Assembly (NCBI GenBank): GCA_958009085.1
Contig: OY253671.1
Coordinates: 1,178,001 to 1,242,000, forward strand
Direction of reading: 5' to 3'
DNA length: 64,000 bases
DNA from: Protoeuglena noctilucae
Lineage: Eukaryota
Shown here: piece after piece, positions 35,101 to 48,333 of the stretch
Layout: each line of letters starts with the position of its first letter
How positions within the stretch are numbered: position 1 is the stretch's first letter
The notes under the pieces: generated by a model
Told to the model about the DNA's origin: nothing
Database searches by the model: none
What the model saw: the letters and a program-made list of their open reading frames with translations, nothing else
Made by a program: the position numbers and the translations under genes

Positions 35101-38100
35101 GTGGTCCGGCAGATGCTGGGAGGGTCCATGGAGCCCCTCACGCTGCACCTGGCCGTGACGGAGGACCTGGGCGGGCCGCTGAACGGCAGCGTGTCCGACA
35201 GCCCGGACGGCGAGGGCGCGCCGCGGCCGTCCCATGCCACAGTCGCCAGCTCGGGGTCCGAGAGCACCGGGTCCGGCCCGACGATGCGCAACTCGGACGG
35301 CGCGAGTCAGGCGGCGGTGCAGTCGGCGGTGGCGGATGCGGTGCGCGCCTCGCTGTCGCCTCTGCGCGACGCCTGCCGCCTGGGCACCGTGGCGGTCATG
35401 GCCATGTGCGGGCGCGCCGTGCCGCTGTCCGGGGTGTTCCAGTGGGACACTGCCGAGTCGGCGTTCCTGCGCGACGACGTGCTGAGCGCCACGAGGGCCC
35501 CGTACTGCCGCCTGCTGGAGCTGGCCAAGATGCGGGGCATGGACGCGACCGCGCTCGTGTCGCGCAACATGCAGCTCCTCCTCATGGCCTCCTCCGAGCG
35601 CCCGGACGCCCGCGGCAACCAGCTTTCACGCGTGTTTGTCCGCGGCACCGTGCGCGGCGTGCAGCACCGCATCCCCTGGGGCAAGGCCGCCGACGCGTAC
35701 AGCGACGCGGCGGAAGGGGCCGCGGAGGACCCCCTGCCGATCCAGGCGGGCCCGGAGGCGGCCGCCGCGGGGGTCTTTGCGTGCGAGGAGGCCCTGGCGG
35801 CCGCAGCCGACGAGCTGCAGCGGCGGTCCTTCCCGGTGGGCGACCGCATGCAGCCCGCCAACTGGGCGCACGTCTTCCTGGCCGTCCTGCCGCCCCTGCC
35901 CACCGCGGACCCGCGGATCCAGCAGCAGGTGGCCTCTTCGCTGCGCGCGGCTGCCACCACCCTCATGGCCCTCCATGGCGGGGCTCTCCGCGCGGCGTCG
36001 GTGTGCGTGGTGGAAATCCGCCTGCGCAGTCGCGCGCCGTGGTCGGGCGCCCGCTCGCACTTTGACGACGGCGAGGGTCCCGCCTGGCGCGTTGTCATCC
36101 GCATGCCCACGGGGCACGAGGTCTCCGAGGAGCACGTCGAGGTGAGCAGACTTTGCTTCTTACGTGCTGTGCATGTGCGTACCTTCTCTATGTACCACAC
36201 GCCGCGCATGGCTGTACTGAACGCAGCGCTGCCACACCAACATACCAAGCATGTCTTCATGTTTCCATGGGCCAAGTAACAATAACCGGCGTCTGCCTCG
36301 TTCCGCAGATCTACCGCGAGGGCGTCGGGGCGTCCCACGAGGTGACCTACACCCCCGTGCCTCGCGGGGAGGGTGCGCCTGAGGGCGACTTGGCCGGGGC
36401 CCCGGTGCTGCAGCGCTACCAGCCCCTCGACTCGCTGACCTACCGTCGCCTGGCGGCCCGGCGCTTCAAGACCACCTACTGCTACGACTTCCCGATGCTG
36501 GTTGAGAATGCGCTGAGGGAGGTGTGGTACGAGCGCGCCTCCCTGGGAGAGGCCCTACCCGTCATGCCCCACGGCAGGCTCAGCCATTTCCAAGAGGTGA
36601 GAGAGGGGCTGAGTAAGGTGGACGCAGCCGCACTGACAGCACTGGGCGTGGCAAGGGCGGTTGCGATGCTGTCCTGTGTTGCTTGGCTCACTTGGCCTGC
36701 GACCGTGCATTGCGGCACTTGGCTTACTATGCTCGTCACCCTTCTCATCTTATCTTACACTCGCCCCTAATGCTCATCTGCGCGCAGGTGGTCCTGGCGG
36801 ACCCCAAGTCCCACTTCTCGCGGGCGGACCTCGCCCTGGCCCCCACGACACGCCCGCCGGGCTCCAACACGGTCGGCATGGTGGCGTGGCGCGCCACGCT
36901 GCGCACGCCCGACGCGCCCGCGGGTCGCCGCGCGGTGGTGGTGGCCAACGACATCACGTTCCAGTCGGGGGCGTTTGGTCCGATGGAGGACGCCGTGTTC
37001 CGTGCGGCCGTCGAGGAGGCCTTGCGCGAGCGCTGCCCGGTCCTGTACGTGGCGGCCAATGCCGGGGCGCGCGTGGGCCTCGCCAGCGAGGTGCGCAACC
37101 GCCTGAGGGTGCAGTGGGCGGCTGACGCCGACGGCGCCGTGCGTGGGCCCGACTACCTCTACCTCACCGAGGCGGACTACGAGGCCCTGGAGGCCGCGTC
37201 ACCCGGCTCCGTGCAAGTGACGCGCGTGGAGCGGCCGTCCGGGGAGGTCCGCTACCGCCTGCAGGCCGTGGTGGGCGCCGAGGAGGGTCTCGGGGTGGAG
37301 TGCCTGAGCGGCTCGGGCGCCATCGCCAGCGCCTTCTCGCGCGCGTGGGACGAGGGCGTGACGTTCACGCTCGTGACGGGCCGCACGGTGGGCATCGGGG
37401 CGTACCTGGCGCGGCTGGGCCGGCGGTGCATCCAGCGCGCCGACCAGCCCATCATCCTCACGGGCCACCAGGCGCTCAACAAGCTCCTGCAGCGCCAGGT
37501 CTACGACTCCAACCTCCAGCTGGGCGGCCCCAAGATCATGGGCACCAACGGCGTGTCCAACCATGTGGTGGGCGACGACGTCCGTGGCGTCATCACCTTC
37601 CTCAAGTGGCTCTCCTTCGTGCCGTGCCAGGCGGGCGCCGCGCCCCTCCCGGTGCCCACCAGCGACCCAGGTGTGCGAGGCGCTGCGTGATGTTGTACCT
37701 ATGGCCCAGGCATGGCTTTGGCTGAAGCGCCCTGCTGGTTTGGACTCTCACCTTAGCCGAGGCACCCGCCCCCGGCGGCAGGGATGCGCAGCGCCACTTG
37801 CCGCGCCCCTTGCACACCTCTGGAACGAACACTTCACTTTTTCGTCCCATCCCTGCAGTGGACCGGCCGGTGGGGTACGTGCCGGGCCCGTTGGCCAAGG
37901 TCGACCCGCGTGCCCTCATCATGGGCGCGCCCGCCAGCGAGGGCTCCGAAGACGTGGGCGGCATCTTCGACCGCGGCTCTTGGATGGAATCCCACGCGGG
38001 GTGGGCACGCACGGTGGTCACGGGCCGCGCCCGGCTGGGCGGCTTGGCCGTCGGCGTCATTGCCGTGGAGAGCAACACGGGTGAGGACGCATCGGCATCT

Positions 38101-39405
38101 TTCGCGTGCATGTGCGAACTGCACAATTGATGCTTTGGCGCTCTCTTACTTGCTCAGACGCTGACATGCCATGGCGCAAATCCAAGCCATGTGTGCATCA
38201 TCCTCGCTTGCAGTCGAGAAGCGCATCCCGGCGGACCCGGGCCTGTCCAACTCCAGCGAGCAAGTGCTGCAGCAGGCGGGGCAGGTGTGGTACCCGGACA
38301 GCGCGTTGAAGACCGCCGGTGCGCTGGAGGAGTTCGCACGCGAGGGCCTCCCCGTGGTCATCCTGGCCAACTGGCGCGGCTTCTCTGGCGGCCAGGCCGA
38401 CCTCTTCGGGGGCGTGCTCCAGAGCGGCTCGCTGATCGTTGACCGGCTCCGCAGCTACCCGGCCCCCGTCATCGTCTACCTCCCGCCGGGCGCCGAGCTC
38501 CGCGGGGGCGCGTGGGTGGTGGTCGACTCGCAGATCAACGCGCCCCGCATCGAGATGGTCGCGGACCCCGCGGCCCGCGGCGGCGTGCTTGAGCCCGAGG
38601 GCATCGTGGAGATCAAGTTCCGCGACGCAGACCTCGTCAAGATGATGCACGCACTCGACCCTGAGATCCGCCGGCTCAAGGCCGAGGGGCCGGGTACTGA
38701 GGCTGGTGAGCGTGGCTGCGGGAGTGAGCTTGCACCTGCTTATGCATCAGAGACATCGATGCTGGCGCTGCTTCCTATTGGATAAGGGTCTAATCCAAAC
38801 CACTCTTGATCGGTTCTCGTTGCTCAAGCGTCCGCCTCTCCCTTGCGCCTCTGCGCATCTTTGTCATGCCAACGAACGCTGCCGGCCTCGCCCCTCCCGC
38901 AGCCGTACGCAGCCGCGAGAAGCTCCTGCGGCCGAGCTACCTCCAGGCGGCGCTGCTGTTCGCCGAGCTGCACGACACGCCCGTCCGCATGCTGCGCAAG
39001 GGCGTGCTGTCGGCCCTGGTGCCCCTGCGCGACGCCCGGCGCTTCCTCCACGCCCGTCTCATGGCGAGGCTCTCCGATGCCCGCCTCTGCGCCGACCTGC
39101 TCCAGGCCGGGGCCGCCCCGACCCTCCTGGCTGCCCGCGGCCACCTCCGCGCCGCCTTTGCCGCCGCCCACGGCGCCGCTGCCAAGGACAAGGCCGCGGC
39201 CGGCCAGGCCCTCGACCCGCCCCCGGTCGACGCCATGGTCGCCGAGGACGCCGCTTTCCTCGCCTGGGCCGAGGCGGAGGGGGCCAGGTTCGCGGCGGAT
39301 GCGGTGCGCTCTGCCCGCGTGCAGCGGGCCCTGCGCGACATCGAGGACGCGCTGGGGGGCGACGCGCCCCGGGACGTGCTGCAGAGCATCGCCAAGCTGA
39401 TCTAG
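29180..39405 (+). CDS. ACC1: Homomeric (multidomain) acetyl-CoA carboxylase, probably cytosolic
   Basis: BC domain ([51 protein letters not shown]), BCCP motif EVMKM, CT domain ([31 protein letters not shown]); about 20 exons; acidic N-terminus with no transit-peptide character. Confidence 0.95.
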
Positions 39406-39669
39406 GGCGCGCGGGAGCCCACCCTCTCGCGGGCGCATCCTCTGCCAACGCCCGCACGTGCCGTCGCGGTGACTATCTGGCGCGCCCTCTTTTTGACGTC
39501 TTTGTGCTAGCGCTCCGCTGGTCTCTCGCAGCAGCTGTTGCGTACCATTCCGTTTCTCGTCTAGCCGCGTTCCCGCGGCCGTGCCCTGCATTGGGGGCTC
39601 TGTGCGCCTGGCATTCGCGGGTCCATTTGGCCTGACCCGCAGTAAGGCGCAAACACTCGCTGTTTGAAC

Positions 39670-39697
39670 TGTAAGCGAGAAACCGACAGGTGTTACA
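39670..39697. promoter_or_regulatory. Pair of opposed chlorophyte-type TGTAA polyadenylation signals (ACC on +, PyrD on -)
   Basis: TGTAA on + at 39670-39674 and TTACA (TGTAA on -) at 39693-39697, between the two convergent stops. Confidence 0.55.
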
Positions 39698-39815
39698 ACA
39701 ACTGTGGCGCAAGGAACAAGCGGCCTTAGGCACCCAGGCTGCCTGCTGCCGAGGGCACCCATGGTGCCTCCCGGGGGCGGCACATGACATTCATCGCACC
39801 GCCGAAATGCGCTTC

Positions 39816-40622
39816 TCAACCTCCCTTCGCCGTGGGCCCCTTGGCGGCTGCCTCCTGCTCCATTCGCTTCATGAAGTCCTCATTGATCGCATATGCCATC
39901 CGCTCCTCCTCGCCCCTGGGCCACGTCAAAAAGGCATGTGCATCTTGGCATCATGAAAGCAGTCACAATCCAGCCACTGGCAGCGACACTGGACCGCCAC
40001 AGGCCCTGAGCATTTGCTGGCATGCTCACCCAACACACTCCACCTCGATGCCGGCCGCCTCCAGCGTCTTGATCCCGAACCCGCCGACCAAGGGGTTCGG
40101 GTCCACCACGCCCACGACCACGCGGCGCACGCCCGCGGCCACGAGCGCCCGGGCGCACGGCGGCGTGCGGCCGAAGTGGTTGCAGGGCTCCAATGTCACG
40201 TACGCAGTGGCGCCCCGGGCGCGCTGCCCGGCGGCCCGCAGGGCGTAGACCTCGGCGTGCGGCTTGCCCGCGCGGGGGTGGAAGCCCTCGCCGACGACCT
40301 CGCCGTCGCGGACGATGCAAGAGCCCACGCACGGGTTCGGAAAGGTCTGCCCCTTGGCGCGCGACGCCAGCCCCAGGGCCCTCCGCATCCAAGCGCGGTC
40401 CTCCTCCGTCACCGCGCGGGTCCGAAAGCTGCGAGCGTGAAGGTCACGACAGGGCAGCAATGGCCGCGAGTTCTTTTGGCTGTCATCCGCGCTCAGCACC
40501 TAGCTGCATCCGCACCTTCTTCGCGCGGGAGGGGCCGCAAGCGCGGGTCTCCTTCGGTGAATGCCAGCGCACAAGGCATCTCCGCGCACTAGAGGGAGCG
40601 ACACGTGAGAAATCGACGGCAT
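39816..40622 (-). CDS. PYRD: Riboflavin biosynthesis pyrimidine deaminase (RibD deaminase domain only), with transit peptide
   Basis: TFPNPCVGSCIV, HAEVYAL, YVTLEPCNHFGRTPPC, DPNPLV; 3 exons; stops shortly after INEDF with no reductase domain. Confidence 0.9.
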
Positions 40623-41188
40623 CAATGAGCACTGAGCGCGTAACAACCGAAGGCAGCTTGATGTCCACGCAGGGGCCTTCGTCCCCTCCTGTATCGAGTC
40701 TGTCAGCAGCAGAGCGACAAATGGTGTCGGGTCTGAGCGTCGCTTCCCGGCCCCGCCTCACACAGCGATCCCAGGCCCCTAAACGCTACCGCTGGCAGGG
40801 AGGGCAACCTCTCTAGAAACAACTGCGCTGTCCAGGCTCCACCAATCGCGCATGCCGTGACTCCTCGATCTCGGCAGCAAGCTGGCGGAGCATAGCGCAT
40901 TCAACCTGGCCCCATCATCTGGCATGTCTGGTGAGCAAAATGCTGCGCCTTTCCTTGCGCATGGTGCGTGGCAACTGGGGATTCGGAGCCGCTGCTGAAG
41001 GCCACTTGCCCTCCGTGCCCGGCGTGGAGCGGGCCTTCCTATCATACAAATTCAGTAGGGCGCGTCCTGAAGCGTGCATGAGTCACTCCTGACATCGTAG
41101 GGTACTCATAAGTAGATAAACAGCAGCGTGACCCCACGCACTGGGAGGAAACGGCGGCGACGAGTCGGGAAGGGGGCGTGGTGGCACC

Positions 41189-42947
41189 ATGACCATCGGA
41201 TTGGACTTCTACGAGGTCCTGGGAGTGCCCAGGTGAGCGCGTTCATGTATGACAGCCGAAAGTAGCATGCAATTGCACAGGGCGTGCCGTTGGTATGCGT
41301 TCCTCGCCGCGCCAGGCGACGTGATGGGCCTGGCATGTCTCACCGCTCCCGGCCCGCCCCTTCCCTTCCCCGCAGGAATGCGGACGGCACGACGATTAAG
41401 AAAGCGTGAGGGATGCTTGCGCGTATTTTGACTGCCCATCTCGGTCCGCCGCGCGCCGGGAGGGGTTTGATGGGCGTCCGTGCTGCCGGTCCCCGCAGAT
41501 TCCGCAAGCTAGCGCTCAAGTACCACCCGGACAAGGATGCGAGCGAGGATGCAGCGAGGAAGTTCCACGACGTGTGCCTGGTGAGCGCGGGCTGCGCTCG
41601 GAGCGCATCCTGGGCCGCGTGCATCGCCAGCGCCGCGAGCGACTCTCCGCTCCGCTCCGGTAACCTTACTCCGCTAACCCTGCCCCGCAGGCCTTCGACG
41701 TGCTCAGCGTACCGGAACGCAAGGGCATTTACGACCTGTACGGCACCCAGGGCTTGACGAAGGGCGTGTACACAAAGGCGGGGGAGCGCAAGGGCGGGGA
41801 CTACGACTTTCACCCCAAGGAAGGGCCGATGCTGGTCTTTGAGCACTTCTTCGGCACCAACAACCCGTACCAGGCGCTGAACGACATCTCGGCGGCGTTT
41901 GAGGGCATGACCACGGTGCCGCAGCCCAGCGAGGGCAAGCGCAAGGTGCAGGAGGTCGAGGCGTCGTTGGAGGAGTTGTTCCATGGGTGAGTGACAATGA
42001 GCAGTCGTGTTCGGTAGTTTATCACAAGGTGCCGCGACTTACAGGCATGTGTTGCCGGGCCAGCATGAGGGCCCAGAAAGTGTGGCTCTGCCGGTGTCAC
42101 GTGCACGCGTACGCACGTGCCAAGAGCTGGGCCGCGTCGTGACTCGCAGGTGCGTGCGCAAGATCGTCCACCACCGCAAGCTGCTGAGCGAGACGGGCGC
42201 CGTGACCACGCGCATGGTGGAGCTGACCGTGGACATCAAGCCGGGCACGCCCACGGGCACGCGGTTCGTCTTTGAGGGCATGGGCAACGCGGTGCCCGGG
42301 GAGATGCCGGGCCCGGCGGTCTACACGCTCAGTGTCAAGCCGCACGAGCGCTTCTCCCGTTCGGGGGCGGATCTGCACCACACGGTGCTTCTGCCCGTCA
42401 AGGACGCCCTCACCGGCACCATCCTGCGTCTGGAGCACCTGGACGGCCGCATCCTCGAGGTGCGACTGGCGATGACTGGAGTCACTGAAGCCCGCATGTG
42501 TGACACTGGCGCTGTTTCAAACGGCGAGCGTCTCGTTGCTCGCGCAGGTCCCGGTGGCGGAGGTGGCGGCGCCTGGGTGCAAGAAGGTCATTACGGGCGA
42601 GGGCCTGCCGAAGCGAGGCTCCTCGGAGCGCGGGGACCTCGTCATCACCTTCGACATCCTCTTCCCTCAGGTGGGCTGCACCCGCAGATGCGCCATCCTT
42701 CGCTTGCCCCGTGTCGCATGTGCGCATGGTGTGCATACTTGCGAGCGCGAGAAGAGGCGACAGTCTCGCAACAATGCAACTGTGTTTTCATCATTTGCAG
42801 TATTTGGCAGAGACGCAGAAGATGCTGCTGCGTGCGGCCTTCCTGCTGCCCAAGACGCTCACGCGGGAGCAGGAGCGGGCCGTGCACGCCTTCGGCAACG
42901 CCTTTCAGGACGACACCAAGGGGTGGAGCCGCACGATGCCGCACTGA
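41189..42947 (+). CDS. RSP16: DnaJ/Hsp40 type II, flagellar radial spoke protein 16 (DNAJB13)-like
   Basis: J domain (DFYEVLGV, FRKLALKYHPDK), DnaJ C-terminal domain, and tail QKMLLRAAFLLP...AF..D.KGW resembling algal RSP16 as I recall it; 7 exons. Confidence 0.8.
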
Positions 42948-43058
42948 CCTGCGCATGTTACTGCCGGTGTCGATGAGCTGATCAGATAGCACAGACGCCT
43001 ACTGCGCTGTTCAAAGCGGAAGCGACGCCCTCGCCGCCCCTGCTTTCTCGCCGCGCGC

Positions 43059-45874
43059 CTAAGCGCTGGCGGCCCCCACGGCCCCCGCCGTCACGGCGCT
43101 CGAGGACGCGACTAACGACACCTTGGCCGCTCCCCGGTCGCGCCCCTTGCCCCGCGCGCTCTGCTCGACCCTCTCGAGGTACTCGGCCGTCACGCCCGTG
43201 ACGTACTCTCCCGAGAAGCAAGAGGCCTCGAAGTCACGGATCTTGGGGTTGAGCTCCCGGCCCGTGCTGACCAGGTCCTCGATAGACTGGTAGATGAGCC
43301 CGTCGGCGCCCAGCACCTGGCACACCTGCTCGATCGTGAGGTTGTTGGCCACGAACTCCCGACGGGAGGGCATGTCCACGCCGTACACGTTCGGGTACTT
43401 GACGGGAGGGCTCGCGGAGGCGAGGTACACCCTCTTGGCGCCCGCCTGGCGCACCATGTCCACGATCTGCAGGAACGGAGCAAGAGCTCTCGCCCGTCAG
43501 AGCGGTGTTGTGTCCGACACCGGCGTCGACGCCGGGGCTGGAGCATCTGCGGCTATGGTGACTTGGATCGCATCACGCCTCACCTGCGTCATGGTGGTGC
43601 CGCGCACGATCGAGTCGTCGACGAGCAGGACCGACTTGCCCTCAAACACGGCCGGCATGGCGTTGAGCTTGCGGCGGACCGACAGCTCGCGCGTGCGCTG
43701 GTCCGGCATGATGAACGTGCGGCCGACGTAGCGGTTCTTCACCAGGCCCTGCATGCGACACACGACGGCAGCGTATCCGGCAAAGCAGCCCTCTGTCATG
43801 TCATGCGGCGCATGGCACGGGCTCCAGCATGCATGACGCGTGAGCCGAGAGACCGCATAGCGCAGCACGTCTCACCTCCCTGTACGGCAGTCCGAGCTCC
43901 CCGCTGAGCTGAATGGCCGCGGGGCGGGACCCGTCCGGCACCGGGACCACGATGTCGACGTCCCAGCCCGTCTCCCGCACCCGCTGCGCCAGCTTGGTGC
44001 CCAGCCCCAGCTGGAAGTTGTACACGGGAATTTCATTCAGCACTGAGTCCGGCCTGCAGGCAGCGAGGTGGGTAAGCGAGATGGGTTACTAGCATTAAGG
44101 CGCGACGGCTTCGCGGAGGCACGGTGAGGGCGCATATCCTATGGCTGCGCTCTCGCTAGGTGCGGGCGCATACCTGGCCAGGTAGATGTACTCGAAGATG
44201 CAGGGGCAGAGCTGCGTGCTCTCGCAGCACTGGTGGGAGAGGAGGGCGCCGTCGGGGCTGATGATAACCATCTCCCCGGGGTTGACGTCACGGACACGCT
44301 CGAAGCCCAGGGGGCCAAAGGCGCAGTCCTCCGACGCGACAGCCCACTGCGGCGAGGCGGGGAGGTGCGGTGTCCTGAATGTCGAGGTGCCAGGCGAGCT
44401 GTCCGCCAGGCGGTGGGTGGCGGTCCCGGCAACTGACCTCCGGACCCCTCTCTGTCAGCCTGCGCCCCAGGACGAGGGGGCGGATGCCGTAGGGGTCGCG
44501 GAAGCAGCACAGCCCGACGCCCTTGACGAGGCAGATGCACGAGTAGGCGCCCTCCACGACCTGCATCATGCGCTCGCCGGCCTCAAAGACAAAGTCGGTC
44601 TTCTTGGTGTTGGGGTCGCAGTTGCCGGCGTTGATGCAGCGCTGGTGCGCGCGGTGGATCTCGTCGGCGAAGATGTTGAGGAGGACCTCGGAGTCGGACT
44701 CAGTGCGCAGGTGACGGTTGAAGAACGACGACGACGACGCCAGGAGCTCCCTGCGCGGTGTGACGGCCAATGACACCGGTGTTAGTTCGTGGCGGGTAGT
44801 ATGGGTAAGCAGCGCATCGGTGCGTGTCTACACGCTGCAGCCACGGCCCAGGCAGCGTCAGCCGTGAGTTCCCCAGCGCACGCGTCGCCCATGCCAGCAC
44901 GCGCCTGAGCTCCTCCGTGTTGGTCAGGTTGCCGTTGTGGATCAGGTAGATGCCGAGGGGCGAGTTGACGAAGAACGGCTGAGCCTCCTGGGCGGAGGAT
45001 GTCCCCGCTGTGGGGTACCGGACGTGACCCAAGCCCACGCTGCCCTGCGTCACGCAAAGCGGCGTTGCAAAGAAGTCAGTCCCTCGCGCCCACCTCAATA
45101 GACGCTGCGGTGGCAGCGAACACTGCTCACGGCAACCCCTGGCACTTGCGCAATCACACACACAGCCCGCCCCATCCACCTCCCCCAAGCGCCCACCTCC
45201 AGAGTCGCCATGACCTCCCCGTCGAACACGTCCTTCACGAGCCCGTTGTCCTTGTGTTCCCTGAACTTGAACCAGTCCGTCGTGACCATGCCCGCCGAGT
45301 CCTGCCCCCTGTGCTGCAGCATTAAGAGGCCCTCGTAGAGCTCAGCCGCCACGTTGCCCTCCCGACGGAACACCCCGATGATGCCGCACATGCGAATCAC
45401 GGACCTGCGTATGGGCAAGCGAGCACCGATTGGCCGCGGCGCAGGCTGGGCTTGAGATGACGGAGCATGACCTAGGGCGATGATTTTGGAGCAATCGCGT
45501 CGAAACGGGTAGGGAATGGGCATGCTGCTCCAAAGATAATGCGACATTCAAGGCTTCAGTGCACCGGGAGGGCCGCCGCGAGGCCGCCGGTGCCGCAGCT
45601 CGCTGCCGACGTGCAGCCCGCCAGGCGGCCGGGACCCCCGCGCTCACCGACGGGACCCCACCGTGCGCGGCGCGTTCCTCATCAGCCCCTGACTCCTCCA
45701 CGACGAGGCAAACGCGGCGGAGGAGGTGCAGCACCCCGCCCCGAGAATCGCCGATGGCTGCCGCGCATGAGAGGGCAGCCGCGGTGGCTGGGCGGCCGGT
45801 TGGCGCCTGGCCCCCAGCCCCGCTGTGACCGAGACGCCATGCTGGTGCAACGTGCAGCGCACGGCGACTGTCAT
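43059..45874 (-). CDS. purF: Amidophosphoribosyltransferase with plastid transit peptide
   Basis: Transit peptide then RM-CGIIG (N-terminal nucleophile Cys), [60 protein letters not shown]; includes GC-AG intron 44904-44751. Confidence 0.95.
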
Positions 45875-46029
45875 TGGAAAGCGGCTGCGATGGAGCGCCG
45901 CTGGCGAGCCGGTGAGGGAGGAGCCGGTCGCGGCGGTCAGCGGCTCGATTCAGCGTGGCACTTCCAATTCGCGACTCTCGCGGAGACGCGGGAGGCTGCG
46001 GCTTGCGCCTCGAGGAGCATGCAGCGAAA

Positions 46030-48036
46030 GACTGGCACTATATGTTCCCACCCCCGATTTTCGGTGCCAGCCTCTGCGGGAAAAGCTTGAACGCGTCAAG
46101 TGATTTCATAAAACAAAATAGGAGTACTGTGGCCATGGGTATGCGTTGGGGAGCTGTGTGTGGCCAGCGGGGGTCCGAGTTTGGGCTTGGCACCCACCAC
46201 CCAGCGCCAGCCTTAATTGCTTGGCTCCTTGTATAGCCCTGCGTCGTCATTACGGCACCAGGAGTCGCTGGCAACAGGGGGAAGGGGTTTCGTCTTGTTG
46301 CCGCGCTCCTGGCGTGGTGGCTTGCGAGGTGACACTTTGCAGCTTTGCTGCGCATCATCTAAGAGCTCCGCATCGCCCGCGCTGGTCCTCATGTCATCAT
46401 TACTTCCATTAACCATCCGGCAGCGACAAGGTGTTGTAGAGCTCCACACAGGAGGCCGCACGGATGGCATAAATGTTCCCGCTGGTTTGCCAGGCCGCCA
46501 CAGCCGTAGCCGATGGCTGTTTATGCTTTCCCCACAGGCAGGATGGACACGTGTGCGTGCAGGAGGCAGCTGGGCAAACCCAACCGGTGGGGGGCGCGCC
46601 TCAGCCCTTGGTGCAGAGGACCCACAGCACTCCACCATCGATGCTCCTCCAACCAGCAGCCTTCATGAGCTCCGACAACACCCCTGGGATCCCTGTGGGC
46701 GTTCAGTACGCCTGGAATTCTCTTGGGCACCTAGGTCTCTTCGCTCGGCCAATGGGCTAGCTGGTGGTGCTGGTGAGGTGCTGCGCACGCACAAGCATGC
46801 GACCCGCACATGCGCCACACTTATGCCTGTGGTACATTCTCATTTATATCGTCTCCTGCAGGCCTGGCCCCAGCCTCGGGCCCTGGGCAGGTGGTGGGCA
46901 CCGCCCGCGTGGCGCGCTTGGGCCATGGATCGGTGGGCAACTGGAAGTGACTTTGCGTCATCAAGGTAAGCGTTTCCTGGTCATATGCGGGCAACTGGAC
47001 ATGTTTTGTGACCAATCCAACATTTGGATTTTTGGGGGTTGGCGGCACCCACCAAAAAGCCCACCTTTTGCCTCATGCGCTGTCAATGTCTTCGGAATGA
47101 CATGTGGTTTTGATGCAAGACGGCCCCACCAAATGTGTCGCCTACATGTATACTGCTCAAAACAAAGCGTTTGGGATACCCTTGTCTGCGGGCGCAACGC
47201 GGCACGGAGGGTGGGGGCTGCATGCGGTGCGGGGGCGAGAGTGGGTGACCTTAGAGACCCCGGGCGGGCAACCACGAGGCCGGGACCCCGGACGCGGCAA
47301 GCTCATGTGTTCGGCAAGGCGTGGCTGCCGTATGGGGCCATGGTGTCTGCGGGCGCAAGGGTGGTCCGGGGGGTAGCAGCCGCCCACGTGCTGGGCTGAG
47401 AGTGGGTGGCCCGATGCGGCATATTTTCCCAGGGCGGCCGGTGTACAGGTGTTGGCACTCGCGCCGCTATCTATCTGTGCGCATTCCATCGTGGGACCCT
47501 AAGCCATGTTTCTGCGGAGGTCGTCCGGAACCGAGCTGGTCTTGGTGCTGCCCAGCGCTGCAGGCTGGCTGACCTGAAGCGGCATTTATTTCCCACGAAG
47601 AGCCATTGTTTTACAGCATTAGGCGCTTATTTATGTTAATACAAACAAGTTTGGAGTAAAACATTACCTGCTTCCTGGGTAACATTTGCTGCACTGGGGC
47701 CTGGCCACCAGCACTCTGCGCAAATCGCTTCGAGACACTGAGCATGGCCCGTGCGCGCCCCCGGGCGTCAGGCAGCGCTCTGCTCCATACCAGACGTCAT
47801 TTTCAGTCATATTTAAAATGTTCCGCGGCGGAATGGGCCAGCCAAAACCCAAGGCTGCCCGGCGGGGGCCTGGACCACGCAGGGACTGCCGCCTCTGGGC
47901 GCGACGCCGACCTCTCCGTCGTGTCCTACGCATCTCATCCTCCTATTTTTATATATATTAAATGCTATGGTCCCAACTTCGGGTCGGCCCCAGTCTTGGT
48001 CGCCATTTTCGGGGGTGGGAGCATACAGTGCCAGTC
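46030..48036. mobile_element. Non-autonomous or decayed DNA transposon with 28-bp TIRs and 8-bp TSD
   Basis: Left TIR 46030-46057 GACTGGCACTATATGTTCCCACCCCCGA. Right TIR 48009-48036, reverse complement GACTGGCACTGTATGCTCCCACCCCCGA (26/28). Direct repeat CAGCGAAA at 46022-46029 and 48037-48044. Interior is more AT-rich with no recognisable transposase. Confidence 0.88.
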
Positions 48037-48333
48037 CAGCGAAATAACGACTGGCAGGGTTTCCCCGGCCTGTGGGTCTCAGCTGCGCGAGACACCGCTC
48101 ACTCGTGCCAGATGCGATCACCGGGTCATCCCAGAGCCGGCTGTCACGACAGGGCCGCGTGTATCCCACAAAGCAGGACGAGTTGCTGGGGGGCCCGCCT
48201 CTGCTCCCCGCTGCCGTCGGATAGCTTAGGTGGTGGACAGGGAGATTAACTGCAGCATCAGTGATCGAGGGGTGACGTCTCTCGGGGGCAGCGGCGAGCA
48301 GGGGCACGTCCCCTGAGGGCGGCGTGGGGGACC

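Noticed and set aside
46213..47489. ORFs inside the transposon as a transposase or cargo gene
   Set aside because: They are short, with no DDE or zinc-finger motif I can recognise and no consistent splice model.
46036..48030. CACTA/EnSpm assignment for the transposon
   Set aside because: The inverted repeat extends 6 bp outside CACTA/CACTG, and the direct duplication is 8 bp rather than 3 bp.
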